A stretch of 61,649 nt of DNA from a virus (taxonomy: Duplodnaviria; Caudoviricetes). The DNA lies in the IMG/VR virus record IMGVR_UViG_3300033145_000568, positions 1 through 61,649 of that record; one strand, given 5' to 3'. Below, piece after piece: positions 38,405-48,368 of this stretch. The translations under genes were made by a program, and so were the position numbers. The notes below the pieces were generated by a model. It made no database searches. It saw nothing but the letters and a program-made list of their open reading frames with translations, and was not told the DNA's origin. Numbering within the stretch: position 1 is the stretch's first letter; each line of letters opens with the position of its first letter.

Positions 38405-38650
38405 TTAGCCATCTCCTTCATCTGGATCTGGCCGCTTTCGCACTATTGCGTACTCTCGTATTCGCCTGGCAAGTTCCTTTGCGAAGAAGGCTGCTATTGT
38501 CTTGTTGTTTAGATCTGTTGATCCCTTCTTCTTGAACCCTTGGGCAAAATCCTGTAGTAGGGCTTCCAGCGTTGTGTAATCCTCCGCCTCACCCGTTTGA
38601 GAGGATTTACGACCCCTCTCAGTTGATCGAGATTGCCTTGTAGCCATCAT
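38405..38650 (-). CDS. Hypothetical protein
   Basis: MMATRQS start overlaps the upstream stop. Confidence 0.55.
   Translation of the reverse strand: MMATRQSRSTERGRKSSQTGEAEDYTTLEALLQDFAQGFKKKGSTDLNNKTIAAFFAKELARRIREYAIVRKRPDPDEGDG
38597..38642 (-). repeat. Dispersed hairpin element, copy 2
   Basis: ttgagaggatttacgacccctctcagttgatcgagattgccttgta. Confidence 0.85.
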
Positions 38651-39036
38651 CAAGTAGCCGCTTCTATTGTTCGCACCGCACAATAGCAACAAAGGTCAGG
38701 ATCAGCGCGTAACAATCTCCACATTCCCATCATCCCAAGCCTGCCATCAATCGAAACGTCTTTCTCGCCGCTTACAGAAAGCCAATACATCAGATAGTGG
38801 CTAACGAGATCTCGTCGCTCAATCTTGTCCAGCACCAAAGCGCACGCATTGCGGTCAGTGGTAAAATGCTGTGTATCAGAAATCTGTTTCCTGGCTAATT
38901 CAGACTCCCAACCAGTATACCATCGTCCATATCCGCTTTTCTCCACAAAGGAACGCCAACCCATTACGCGGACACCAATAATCCCGTCTTTCTTGTCTGC
39001 CTCCATCGCATCCCACTCAGCCTTGTTCATCATCAT
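38650..39036 (-). CDS. Phage ABA-sandwich-like domain protein
   Basis: IGVRVMGW..HFTTDRNACALVLDKI..ADPDLCC. Confidence 0.55.
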   Translation of the reverse strand: MMMNKAEWDAMEADKKDGIIGVRVMGWRSFVEKSGYGRWYTGWESELARKQISDTQHFTTDRNACALVLDKIERRDLVSHYLMYWLSVSGEKDVSIDGRLGMMGMWRLLRADPDLCCYCAVRTIEAAT

Positions 39037-39431
39037 CCCCTCGGAGAAAATTGGTCAACCTTCCCACGCAAGAAATCCACAACAATAAAGCCTGCGCTCA
39101 TCTTGCGCAACTTATATCTACAAGCCGTAGCTCCTGCTTTTCTGAGAGCGCGCCGGCAATTAACAGAGAGTGTTTTCTCTCCCGGATGAGGGCACATGAC
39201 CTTGCGCGCCCCTTCCCCGTTTGTGTAAAACTGGAAGGCAACCAGGCTTGAATCAGGGTATGGCCCTTTGCCAAAATTAGGCGGAGGAACATTATTGGAT
39301 GGCGTTACGGTTTTGAATCTATCAAGGTGCCATTCCCGGACTGTTGCTGCACCAAAAACAAAACGCCCACATTGCATATTAACCTTCCCTACTCCCAGCT
39401 TCAGTTTGGTGCTCTCTATTTCTTCCCACAT
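39033..39431 (-). CDS. Hypothetical protein
   Basis: RBS; operon context. Confidence 0.6.
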   Translation of the reverse strand: MWEEIESTKLKLGVGKVNMQCGRFVFGAATVREWHLDRFKTVTPSNNVPPPNFGKGPYPDSSLVAFQFYTNGEGARKVMCPHPGEKTLSVNCRRALRKAGATACRYKLRKMSAGFIVVDFLRGKVDQFSPRG

Positions 39432-39433
39432 AA

Positions 39434-40087
39434 CTAGACCTTCCTCTTATGTTGTACCCGCGCAAGCTGTCTCAATAGCGCGTAATAGTGAAATTTGTAG
39501 GCTGCCTCCAATTTCTGCATCTGGCTATCCGTTACTGGCTTTGCAGATCGGAGAACCGGAGCTCCTTTTTCAATAAGCACCTCATATCCTTTTTGCTTAA
39601 CTTGTGTTGCTTTGCGCCAATATACATAGAGTAATCCTGCATAGTCAGGCACATCATCAGCGCTTACAAGGTTTTGAGGAACCGCGATGTAATACTGCCG
39701 AGGAACACCAATAGCAAAACCTATTGGGCAATCTGCCTTCATTGCTGCAGCAAGACATTCATGCTTCCGCTTTTTCTTGAACTCAGCACGGAAATCACTT
39801 GCAGAGATCTTGACTTCAACCTCAATACCGTACCCGGCTTTCGTAATTGAATAAACATCGCATTCATGCCACCAGTGAGGGTAAAAGTGAGTAATGGCAG
39901 ATGCATGGCCGCGCTCAAGCAGCCATTCTGTTACTGCTAGTTCGATCTCGCATGTTGTCAATCCCTGCTTGGTCTTATCCAACACTATCCGCCCCCTCCT
40001 GCTGGCCCCAACCACTGCATGATTAGGTAGATCACACTGAAGGTCGCGGCCGTGCCTATGCCCAAAAGAGCCACGATGTCTTCCCAT
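39434..40087 (-). CDS. MmcB-like PD-(D/E)xK nuclease (true start probably downstream)
   Basis: ECDVYSI..IEVEVKISASDFRAE..YYIAVP..VPDYAGLL. Confidence 0.7.
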   Translation of the reverse strand: MGRHRGSFGHRHGRDLQCDLPNHAVVGASRRGRIVLDKTKQGLTTCEIELAVTEWLLERGHASAITHFYPHWWHECDVYSITKAGYGIEVEVKISASDFRAEFKKKRKHECLAAAMKADCPIGFAIGVPRQYYIAVPQNLVSADDVPDYAGLLYVYWRKATQVKQKGYEVLIEKGAPVLRSAKPVTDSQMQKLEAAYKFHYYALLRQLARVQHKRKV

Positions 40088-40176
40088 TCTTGGCTCTTAA
40101 CAAATAGAGTCCCGCAAATGCCGATCACCACTCCCAGCCCACACAGCAGCAAGAGCCCATTCAGTGTCCACAGCAT
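39985..40176 (-). CDS. Small two-TM membrane protein
   Basis: Two hydrophobic segments; GGGAGG RBS. Confidence 0.55.
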   Translation of the reverse strand: MLWTLNGLLLLCGLGVVIGICGTLFVKSQEWEDIVALLGIGTAATFSVIYLIMQWLGPAGGGG

Positions 40177-40254
40177 GTCACATCCTCCCGGTCACTTGTA
40201 CCCATATGACCGCAATCAACGCCCCAATGACGAAACCGAACAGTAACCATCCCA

Positions 40255-40461
40255 TTACTCCTCCTCTGACAGCTTGGATGCCCGACCAGCCAAGAAAGCT
40301 TCGCGTAACGCCCACCCGTGCCACGCAAGCGCATTCTCGAAATCAGATGTATCAATAACACCATGAACGTAATCAGACGCGCTTTTGATAGCCTCGTAGC
40401 TTGCCGCCGTGTAGAATGGTGTCAGATCCTTCCCGCTTGAGATGATTTCTCTGCTACCCAT
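40255..40461 (-). CDS. Hypothetical protein
   Basis: RBS; coupled. Confidence 0.6.
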   Translation of the reverse strand: MGSREIISSGKDLTPFYTAASYEAIKSASDYVHGVIDTSDFENALAWHGWALREAFLAGRASKLSEEE

Positions 40462-40904
40462 TATTCCTCCTCTGACAGCAGTGCAAGGGCAGTATCTACA
40501 GCAGCCAAGACGTGTGTTAGTTGTCCAACGCCTGTTTCGTGATATGATTTGACATATAGTAACGCCCCCCTCACCGGCTCCAGCTTTGCGGCGATGATGG
40601 CAATAACGGTTTCATCAGCAACGCCATATGCAGTCCCAACCGAGCTGCTATCCGGCGCTCCATTCCCTCCGCTCAATATAGTAACCGGCTTACCATCATC
40701 TGTCTGTAGCCGAACAAGGCTAATGCCGCTCTCTACTAATGCTTCCCTGATCTCCTTCGCTAGCCTCATCTCACACCCCCTCCTCAGAATTGCATCTGTC
40801 GGATGTGCGCCTGAGAATCCAACCTTCTCATACATCTTTATGTCATCAAGGTGTCTGTTGAGAACGCTCTCCCTCTCTAAATCAACCTCTATCGTCACTT
40901 TCAT
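40461..40904 (-). CDS. Hypothetical protein
   Basis: RBS; coupled. Confidence 0.6.
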   Translation of the reverse strand: MKVTIEVDLERESVLNRHLDDIKMYEKVGFSGAHPTDAILRRGCEMRLAKEIREALVESGISLVRLQTDDGKPVTILSGGNGAPDSSSVGTAYGVADETVIAIIAAKLEPVRGALLYVKSYHETGVGQLTHVLAAVDTALALLSEEE

Positions 40905-41063
40905 TATGCCCTCCTGCTCAGTCCATGAATGGTTCTACATACCACGGCGGACCCTCCTTGACCTCCCAAAGCATTGATTGCACAATGCCCTGATCTCCCA
41001 CCCCGTCAAATCTGGAATCGTCATCAATCCCTTCGTACTCTCCGCCATCTCCCCACTTATCCA

Positions 41064-41585
41064 TCATACATCCATCAGCAACTCAGGATGCCTTACTTGT
41101 CCCAGCACCGCCAAGACAAAGATATTCCACTCAGGAAGCCGGTGATTACTGCGTTGCCTGATCATCCGCTGTAGAGTCATGTAGTTGGCGCATACAATCC
41201 GTCGCTGCAAGAACGACTCTGGCAGATGTCGCTTCGTCCAACGCCAATCATTCGCCCGAATGTGCAGATTCAGTTGATCGAGTAACGCTTGGCTTTGGAT
41301 CCCGCCCTCAAAGTCAGATTGACCTAACTCACGCTTAGTAATCGTGTGCATGGTGCTTTCACTCTGTCGAGTGATCCCGACTCTGTACGTCGCCTCTTGC
41401 TGCCACCATTCACGAGCGGCTGTCACGTCAAGCCAAACCACGATTGATTCAAGGAACTTGTTGTGTCCATCGCCCTTAAATGCCAGCTTCCTTGCAACAA
41501 CCGGGTCCGGCTTCTTGTTGTAAGACAAGGACAAACCCAGCAATGCCTCTTCATACCCCGCTTCCTTCAAGATCGCTACTTTCAT
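41064..41585 (-). CDS. ThyX-like (flavin-dependent thymidylate synthase fold), short divergent form
   Basis: GHNKFLESI..WWQQ.ATYR..SESTMH..LPESF..NY.TL..QRSNHRLPEW. Confidence 0.7.
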   Translation of the reverse strand: MKVAILKEAGYEEALLGLSLSYNKKPDPVVARKLAFKGDGHNKFLESIVVWLDVTAAREWWQQEATYRVGITRQSESTMHTITKRELGQSDFEGGIQSQALLDQLNLHIRANDWRWTKRHLPESFLQRRIVCANYMTLQRMIRQRSNHRLPEWNIFVLAVLGQVRHPELLMDV

Positions 41586-41842
41586 TATGATCTCCTGCTT
41601 AATCCGCGAGCCGCATCCTCATTCAAATTTCTTGCGGTATCAAGGGTATACAACTGCAAGAACTCATCCACGCCGGAGGGATCCCCTTTGTAGAAACGAT
41701 CCGCCATATCCTTGAGATTCACCACTAATTCCCGTAAAGAAAACCCATAGTATTTGCCATTGTGTGAATCGCAAAGCCGCGCAGCTTGCTCTAACAGCCC
41801 TGGGGCACTTACCTTCGATCCCGGCCTCGTTGGATATTCCAT
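41585..41842 (-). CDS. Hypothetical protein (start MEYPT)
   Basis: AGGAGG RBS before the internal ATG. Confidence 0.55.
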   Translation of the reverse strand: MEYPTRPGSKVSAPGLLEQAARLCDSHNGKYYGFSLRELVVNLKDMADRFYKGDPSGVDEFLQLYTLDTARNLNEDAARGLSRRS

Positions 41843-42924
41843 CAGTCCTCCTTGCTTCTTGAATCTGTACGGGACGGGCAGCTTACTTACACGAACGCCA
41901 ACGTCTCCGCCCGCCCCGCTTTCTCTCCCTGTGAGAGAATCGTTTATATCTAAACCAAGCCTACCAGCCAAACTGGACAGTCCCGTCAAGCTGAATGAAC
42001 CCCACACAGCGCTCATTCTCGCCCTCGATCCATCCAAGCCATCCGACTTCTTGCGGCTTCTTGTACAGTCTAATGCTCATTATTCACCCCCTCCTACATT
42101 TAGTCTGCACTCGTTCTCTCGGGTTCCTGTATAAACACGATTGCTTGTTGGCTGCCAGATGCCGCATCAGGACTGTCTACAATAATCCCAAAACTTCGCC
42201 CGCAATGAGGACATGTGATAATTCCCGTCACGTCAATCACCTCCTACATCCTAGCTACTTTTTCAGACCGCCCTATCCTTGCGCTTAGTTGTCAATCCTA
42301 CGTAAAGCGTTTCGCCTACCAATTCAGCGTGTGATCACTGGATACGCTTCCCCCGGTTGCTGCGTATATGGTTGTCCGTAGTACTGCGGATCACCCATGC
42401 CAATCACCCTCTCAATATCTCGATATATGCCTTCACCACGGCGACAAGCTCCTCGCTTGCCTCCGCCTTCCGTATCAGCAACGCCTCGACCACTTTGGAA
42501 TTCTCTCTGCTTTGCCGGTTCGCACGACCCAGCATCCATATGTAGCACAGCGTCGTGACTGTCATCCCCGCGCCCGCGCCTAAGATTATCCCGTATACCA
42601 TGCTGCCTCCTTTTGTTGCGGGTACTCACGCTCCAGGAAAGCAGCAACTGCCACCGTTTCAGGTTCATCTGCATTGCCCACACACAGAGCTACAATTTCT
42701 CGCGCTACTCTTTCACTTTTATTCATCGTACTTTTCCCTCCCTTTTTTCAATATCGTGAGTCATTGACCACTTCAGCGCTTCCCAGAATGTTGAGCTATG
42801 TAATAGTCGGCCAAAAGCCTTAACTGCCAACATGATCAGTTTGCATACTTCTCTCAATTCATCCGTTCTTTTCACAGTTCGGTCCTCTTGCGGTATAAGT
42901 GCGGTTTCGACTCCGCAGACTACT

Positions 42925-43257
42925 TCACTCATTCAGGCTGTAAATACGCGTGATGATAGTCCGCAATACATCATCAGTCGTCATTTCCTCAACTATGACC
43001 CGGACGCGCTCTTTGAACGCTTCATTGTCCCGTAGCGAGGCAGTGATCGTGTTATTGATGATCTGTCTCACCACTTGTCGCACGGCTTCTTCGACGAAGG
43101 TGTTCGATCCAAATCTTTCTGGTTTCATAAGGGCCTTGTCAATGGCCTCTTCAATGCGCTCCCCAATGGCACTGTCTAACACTGCCTGTACCACTTGTTG
43201 CTCAACAGCTTTCGCATCTAGCTTTACCTTCAGATCCATGCCTTCCTCCTTTGTCAT
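42925..43257 (-). CDS. Hypothetical helical protein
   Basis: Operon context. Confidence 0.6.
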   Translation of the reverse strand: MTKEEGMDLKVKLDAKAVEQQVVQAVLDSAIGERIEEAIDKALMKPERFGSNTFVEEAVRQVVRQIINNTITASLRDNEAFKERVRVIVEEMTTDDVLRTIITRIYSLNE

Positions 43258-43748
43258 CGCAGAACTGCCAGGGTGTTCAATAGCACCATCTCTAGTTGTT
43301 CGTCAACGTCGTATTTCTCTTTCAGGAATGTCATTGCTTTTGCTGGATCATTCCCTTTTCTCTTTGCAGCCGCTATCCAATCGCAGAGCATCTCGATCAG
43401 ATTAAACATATCCATCGAAGAGATGGCGTCCCGATCTTCTCCAAAGAATTCAGGGTGGTGGGAATTGACGCTTTTGTGATGTTCCCAGCCTTGCCCCATC
43501 TGCGCAGTCAACGCCTTGTACTCTGGCGATCCGTATTCGACACCGCTGTGATTCAAAGCCCAAACTGGCTTTTCATAATACGGCCTTTCTTCATCAGTCA
43601 GTTTGCTTGCATCATGCTTCGCCGCTCTGTCAAGCAAGATCTTCGCTGCCAACATCATGCGCTCAGCCACCATATGCCTGTGCTTCCAAACATCAGATTC
43701 ATAAAACAAGCGCTCTAACTCATCTTGTGTTGATTCTCTGTCATTCAT
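43254..43748 (-). CDS. HD-like metal-dependent phosphohydrolase (DUF5662-like)
   Basis: KHDASK..HHKSVNSHHPE..LIEMLCDWIAA. Confidence 0.7.
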   Translation of the reverse strand: MNDRESTQDELERLFYESDVWKHRHMVAERMMLAAKILLDRAAKHDASKLTDEERPYYEKPVWALNHSGVEYGSPEYKALTAQMGQGWEHHKSVNSHHPEFFGEDRDAISSMDMFNLIEMLCDWIAAAKRKGNDPAKAMTFLKEKYDVDEQLEMVLLNTLAVLR

Positions 43749-43993
43749 ACTCAGTACTCTCCTTTTTCACTTTCAACCGTGCGTCAGCGGACCCTCTACA
43801 TTCGCCACAATGTGACATATCGTTTTCCCGTCTTTCCATAGCAATAAGCCCTGTTTGGTTCCAGCCCAAACGCGCCTAACAACACCACGCTCTAATTCCA
43901 TGGTGACAAGACCCGAATGATCGGTCGCGGCAATATTGCGTATCGCTACCATGCTCGTCTCAATTGAGATTTGCCTCATTTTCTCTTTTGCGC

Positions 43994-44512
43994 TCATACA
44001 TCAACTCGCCGTTGCGTGTCAGGACTGTACTCAAACGATGTTGGACAAATGCCCCATACGCCATTCTCAGCATCATGCTCAAACGTATTGCTTCCCTTGA
44101 CAGGAATCCTGGGGGGATCCACAGCTATTCTGCCTGTCCCGCCGCACCTGGGACAAGCATCATTATCTCCCATCAACCCAGTGCCTTCGCATTTTGGGCA
44201 AACATCCCAATTGCATTCCTTGATTGCCAACAACTTCCCCAAGACGGTTTGTAGCTCAAGCCTATCATTCCCACCAAGCGTAATCTCAACGAAGATCGCT
44301 CGACATACATCTGGATCAAGACCTCGCCCTGGAGCATGTGTGCGAATGACGCGGAAATCAATAAAAGACGGCATATTCGGCGCAGCCTTCATCTTGCGCG
44401 TTCGCAATTGAGCAAATGGGTGCCAGTCTTCACGATCTACTATTGCTTGCAAGAATGATGTAGCAAGCCCTAATAGACGCTTATTCCGCTCTTTCTTCTT
44501 CTCTGTCGCCAT
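43994..44512 (-). CDS. Protein with DnaJ-type zinc-finger repeats
   Basis: CPKCEGTG..CPRCGGTG. Confidence 0.65.
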   Translation of the reverse strand: MATEKKKERNKRLLGLATSFLQAIVDREDWHPFAQLRTRKMKAAPNMPSFIDFRVIRTHAPGRGLDPDVCRAIFVEITLGGNDRLELQTVLGKLLAIKECNWDVCPKCEGTGLMGDNDACPRCGGTGRIAVDPPRIPVKGSNTFEHDAENGVWGICPTSFEYSPDTQRRVDV

Positions 44513-44567
44513 GTTTGTCTCCTTTTATGCCACTATACCGCTTTGTAAGCGCCTTCTTCTTGCCATA

Positions 44568-44774
44568 CTATTTCAATGGAATCCATCCATCACCATGCAG
44601 CCGATCCATAGAAACCCTAACACCTTCACCAATAATCCTCTGTGCTTCTCCATTGATGTAAATAACGTCACCCACCTCATAATGCGTAGATGGATTCCAC
44701 CCTGTCATAGATCTGCGGTTAGCGTGTCCATGACGCTTACACCATACGCAGAATAGATCCCAGTAGCGTTTCAT
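44568..44774 (-). CDS. Small protein with partial CBM5/12-like motif
   Basis: WNPSTHYEVGDVIYING. Confidence 0.5.
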   Translation of the reverse strand: MKRYWDLFCVWCKRHGHANRRSMTGWNPSTHYEVGDVIYINGEAQRIIGEGVRVSMDRLHGDGWIPLK

Positions 44775-44784
44775 GTCCCCTCCC

Positions 44785-45048
44785 TTACCATCCTGTTGTA
44801 ATCATTCTCCACAACACACGCACCACCGCCGTTGTGATTACGAATATCACCATCCCCGTAAGGCAATAGAATTCCCATTGCCCAAATAGGAACAACATTT
44901 TGTATTTCTTGGGCATGTTCGCAAAGTGTTTTTTCTTGTCGTTTGTCCACCACACGTATTGAGCAAGGGCCGAAACCATGACAAACAAAGCAACACCCAT
45001 GAATGCAAGGAGCTTACCTACTCCCTCCAGTATTTCTAACGAGGTCAT
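44785..45048 (-). CDS. Small membrane protein
   Basis: Two hydrophobic segments. Confidence 0.55.
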   Translation of the reverse strand: MTSLEILEGVGKLLAFMGVALFVMVSALAQYVWWTNDKKKHFANMPKKYKMLFLFGQWEFYCLTGMVIFVITTAVVRVLWRMITTGW

Positions 45049-45380
45049 GCTGTATCCCCCTCCTCTTGGACGATGGCAGGAGCGTCCCCGGAATCAATAA
45101 GCCCCTCATTCCTATCTTCATAAACTACTGGCAAAAACTCATCGGAATCGGTTAATGGAAAGTCTAGTAACGAGTATGAGCTTCTCATAAACGCCACAAC
45201 AAAAGCGTATACTTCAGAAGCCACATCCATGTTTTCATACACAGCATAGCGGTACCGCTGGCCATCCGCCGTAATCAACGAAAGCCGCCAAATTTCCTTG
45301 TCTCCCGGTCTTCCCTTCCTTGGTAGCAACAACTGTGAAACGGAAACAACCGATCCATCTTGCGCTCTAATGTATTTCAT
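45045..45380 (-). CDS. Hypothetical protein
   Basis: RBS directly after terL. Confidence 0.6.
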   Translation of the reverse strand: MKYIRAQDGSVVSVSQLLLPRKGRPGDKEIWRLSLITADGQRYRYAVYENMDVASEVYAFVVAFMRSSYSLLDFPLTDSDEFLPVVYEDRNEGLIDSGDAPAIVQEEGDTA

Positions 45381-45392
45381 AGTTCATCTCCC

Positions 45393-46997
45393 TCACTTTC
45401 TTTTCCCCCTCCCTCGTGGACTGAAAAACTGCATCCTCTCTGCATCCGATCCTTGGAATTTCTTGCCTGCAAAAACCGCGTAATTAAAGGCGTGTAGGAA
45501 GTGATCTGCCTTTGTGTTCACGTAGGAAATGTAAACCGTTCCATCGTTCCTCTTAATGTACTGGCGAGAGACCGCCCGGAAATGGGCCCAGAAATCTGTT
45601 GGAAGATTGTTTGGCACACCCTCAGTCTTTGTGTGAATAAGAGCCAGCGCCTCATCAAGCATAGGGGTCCGCAAACCAGTATAAACAGGAATACCCTTCA
45701 CCTCCTTCCACTTCGGTTTTGTAGCCATTGGATTAGGGTTGTATTCAACCAGAGTCACTTTCCCGGGGAAGAGCTTCGCAAACTCAGCTGCCTTGGTCGT
45801 CTCGGGCCGAATATCCACACCACAATGCACAACATTGTAAGCTGCCATAAGACGTCCCATTTCGTCCCACGCTGAATCGCCAGCCAATGCACCCGCCCAC
45901 AGAATGCCGCCATATGTCCTACGAATCACAACGTGTAGGAGGGTCCCTACATCAACACCCATCACGCTCTGTCGATCATAAGAAGGAACCATCGCACCCA
46001 TTGAGGGCAATCCAGATACATCTGTAACCTGCGTTCCTGCTTCCGCCCATGGCAACCCCAGATTCAGGTTATAGAATGCCTGCATCTTCGTTGGGTCGCC
46101 TTGGATCCTATCCCATTTATTAAGCATTTCAATGGGGGTTGACCGTGGAGATGAGAAATGATCCATGTGGTAGGATGGATATGGACCTTTGGGCTTCTTG
46201 GGGATCCATATTCCACGCATCTTGTCTAGCTCATAATCATAGCCTGGATGCATTGGGGTATTGGGATGATTCCTGTTCGCGCTTTCTGGCCATCGAGGAA
46301 CAACATATTCCTTGCTTCGGTCGCACCACAAGGCCCACTCTCCTTGCGTTCCACCAAGCCAATCAAGATGGATTCCGTGTTCTGGTATAGAGGGGTTCGA
46401 GAGCATGATCGTCCATTTGTGGATCATCCCCTCTTGACGACCATAGGACGCTTCAATTCCCCTTTCGTCCATAGGGTCTTTCTCGTCTTGGACAATAAGA
46501 CCTGCTGAGAATTCTACGAGACTTCCTACTGATTTGGCCCCACGAAAGTGAAGGGCTTGCCCCCAACCTATCTTGAGACCAACACTGTCCACATCACTTT
46601 GTGAAAATCCTTCTTCGAGATATAGAGAATTCAGAATTGCTGTATCTACCCTTGCCTGAACAAACCTACCAAGCTGCTTGTCCGTCTGTAACATGTACAG
46701 GGCTGGCTCGCGCCGGGTGTCCATGAACCAAAACGTTGAGTTGAGCGCCCATTCCGTCCAACCCGTTTGTACGCATTTCATGACAGCAATTTTGCCGCCC
46801 GGAATGGGCAATTGAGCAACTTTAAGATGCGGTTCATGAAGATATCCTTGATACCTATCCCAATCGAAAATAGAATACGTAAATCCATCATCCATCACTC
46901 GGTATGCACGAGCCCACATATAGGGGTCTCCTCTCGCCGAGGGATCAACGAGCTTCTTCAACTGCTCTTTTGCCGAAACGTTGTTAGTTTTTGTCAT
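45393..46997 (-). CDS. terL: Terminase large subunit, lambda gpA family
   Basis: MKCVQTGWTE Walker A variant, VQDEKD Walker B, SNP, YNLNLGLPW, MGVDVG nuclease motif, DHFLHA. Confidence 0.9.
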   Translation of the reverse strand: MTKTNNVSAKEQLKKLVDPSARGDPYMWARAYRVMDDGFTYSIFDWDRYQGYLHEPHLKVAQLPIPGGKIAVMKCVQTGWTEWALNSTFWFMDTRREPALYMLQTDKQLGRFVQARVDTAILNSLYLEEGFSQSDVDSVGLKIGWGQALHFRGAKSVGSLVEFSAGLIVQDEKDPMDERGIEASYGRQEGMIHKWTIMLSNPSIPEHGIHLDWLGGTQGEWALWCDRSKEYVVPRWPESANRNHPNTPMHPGYDYELDKMRGIWIPKKPKGPYPSYHMDHFSSPRSTPIEMLNKWDRIQGDPTKMQAFYNLNLGLPWAEAGTQVTDVSGLPSMGAMVPSYDRQSVMGVDVGTLLHVVIRRTYGGILWAGALAGDSAWDEMGRLMAAYNVVHCGVDIRPETTKAAEFAKLFPGKVTLVEYNPNPMATKPKWKEVKGIPVYTGLRTPMLDEALALIHTKTEGVPNNLPTDFWAHFRAVSRQYIKRNDGTVYISYVNTKADHFLHAFNYAVFAGKKFQGSDAERMQFFSPRGRGKRK

Positions 46998-47002
46998 GCT
47001 CC

Positions 47003-47185
47003 CTATGAGTTTACACCAGCAAGATACTCATGGACTGCCGCTCTAATCATGCTTCCAATCGTCGTTCTTATTCCGTGGCTTCCTTGCTCTTTTATTACGG
47101 CCTCGCAACGCTCAAGGTCTTCTGCGGGGAACGTAACTGTCAATCTCCGCGTTGGTTTCTTGCCTGGTCTCTTATTGTGGTCCAT
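47003..47185 (-). CDS. Ribbon-helix-helix regulator
   Basis: RRLTVTFP..TTIGSMIRAAVHEYL. Confidence 0.65.
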   Translation of the reverse strand: MDHNKRPGKKPTRRLTVTFPAEDLERCEAVIKEQGSHGIRTTIGSMIRAAVHEYLAGVNS

Positions 47186-47761
47186 TTAGAACACGTCCTT
47201 GCGATTTTATTACTGCCATAGCCTCAAGGAAGGCTTCGTGAGCTTCACCGGCATCCTCTATCAGTTTCCCTTTGTACGTCATGCCTGTCTCGTCAATGCG
47301 CAGAATCTCTGTTCCATCAAACGCACAGAATCTCCAAGAGGGCAGAACTAGTTCATCGGAACTATCGTGGATCAGCTTCTCGCCTATCTCTCTCGCCATG
47401 TTTACTCCTTCGGTGGTAGACCCAAAGCCCTAAACCAACATTCCTAACAGATATCAATCAACAACGGGGAATCCTTTCCGAGCCTATCGCCATAGACACC
47501 TAATTGCTTCTTGAAAAATGCAAGAGCGGAATCACGATGTGCCGAAAGCTCAAATGACATCCCGATAAAAGCAGCCCCGGTTACAGGATCCACCATATTC
47601 TTCCCGCATATGGAACAATACCTTGGATCTTTGAAATTGCTCGAATAAACAGAGTTTACCGCCTTTCCCGTCATAGAATCTACTTTTCCATTTTTAGCCT
47701 CTGCCGGTCTACTTCTTTCTACCATGCTTATTGCCTCCTGTAAAGAGACGGCTCTACCCCA

Positions 47762-47807
47762 CTGAAAGGATTTACGACCCCTCTCAGCAGATCAAGTTTG
47801 CCTTGTA
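47762..47807 (-). repeat. Dispersed hairpin element, copy 3
   Basis: ctgaaaggatttacgacccctctcagcagatcaagtttgccttgta. Confidence 0.85.
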
Positions 47808-47939
47808 AGAGATGCATCCACAGTCCCAGTTCTGGACCCAGCGGGAAGACCAAACTTCACAGCGGTTTTTCCATAGGCATACTCTGCCGCTGACTCTCTA
47901 GCCCAATCCTCCCCTTGCTGTAGATACACATTTTGGATT

Positions 47940-48107
47940 CTAGGCTTTCGTCTCCTCACGCTCGATGTATTGGAGAACGGCCTCAACCACCAAGTAGTTG
48001 ACTGATCGTTCTCTCTTTGCCCCAATCTTAATGAGGCGTTCCACTATGTGCTCATCCTGCTTCAATTTTGGGATGTACACACTGAGCTTCGATGTATCTG
48101 GGTTCAT
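47940..48107 (-). CDS. Ribbon-helix-helix protein, 55 aa (not in ORF track)
   Basis: GAGGTG RBS; MNPDTSKLSVYIPKLKQDEHIVERLIKIGAKRERSVNYLVVEAVLQYIEREETKA. Confidence 0.75.
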   Translation of the reverse strand: MNPDTSKLSVYIPKLKQDEHIVERLIKIGAKRERSVNYLVVEAVLQYIEREETKA

Positions 48108-48135
48108 GTTCATTCACCTCCTTCATGTTCGTGAT

Positions 48136-48351
48136 TCAGTCGTTAAGTAACTCGTTTTGGATGCGCTCTCCTAAGACCTTTGCCTTCTGAACAGTTAAGT
48201 TCATCCACCGCCGACCATACAATAACTCAAGCAATGTCTCCAACTTTGTAATGCGGCTTTGCTGGAGCATTGTAGCTTCCTCTAAATCGCCAACCGAGGA
48301 GTTGGCAGCGTCAATTAGATCATCAATCTCGTTTTGTGTTTGCATATTCAT
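48136..48351 (-). CDS. Hypothetical coiled-coil protein
   Basis: Start MNMQT downstream of the tRNA. Confidence 0.55.
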   Translation of the reverse strand: MNMQTQNEIDDLIDAANSSVGDLEEATMLQQSRITKLETLLELLYGRRWMNLTVQKAKVLGERIQNELLND

Positions 48352-48368
48352 CTTCCTTTTTCCTGCTG

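Noticed and set aside
47792-48025. 77-aa ORF in the track
   Set aside because: Out-of-frame overlap of the better supported RHH gene 47940..48107
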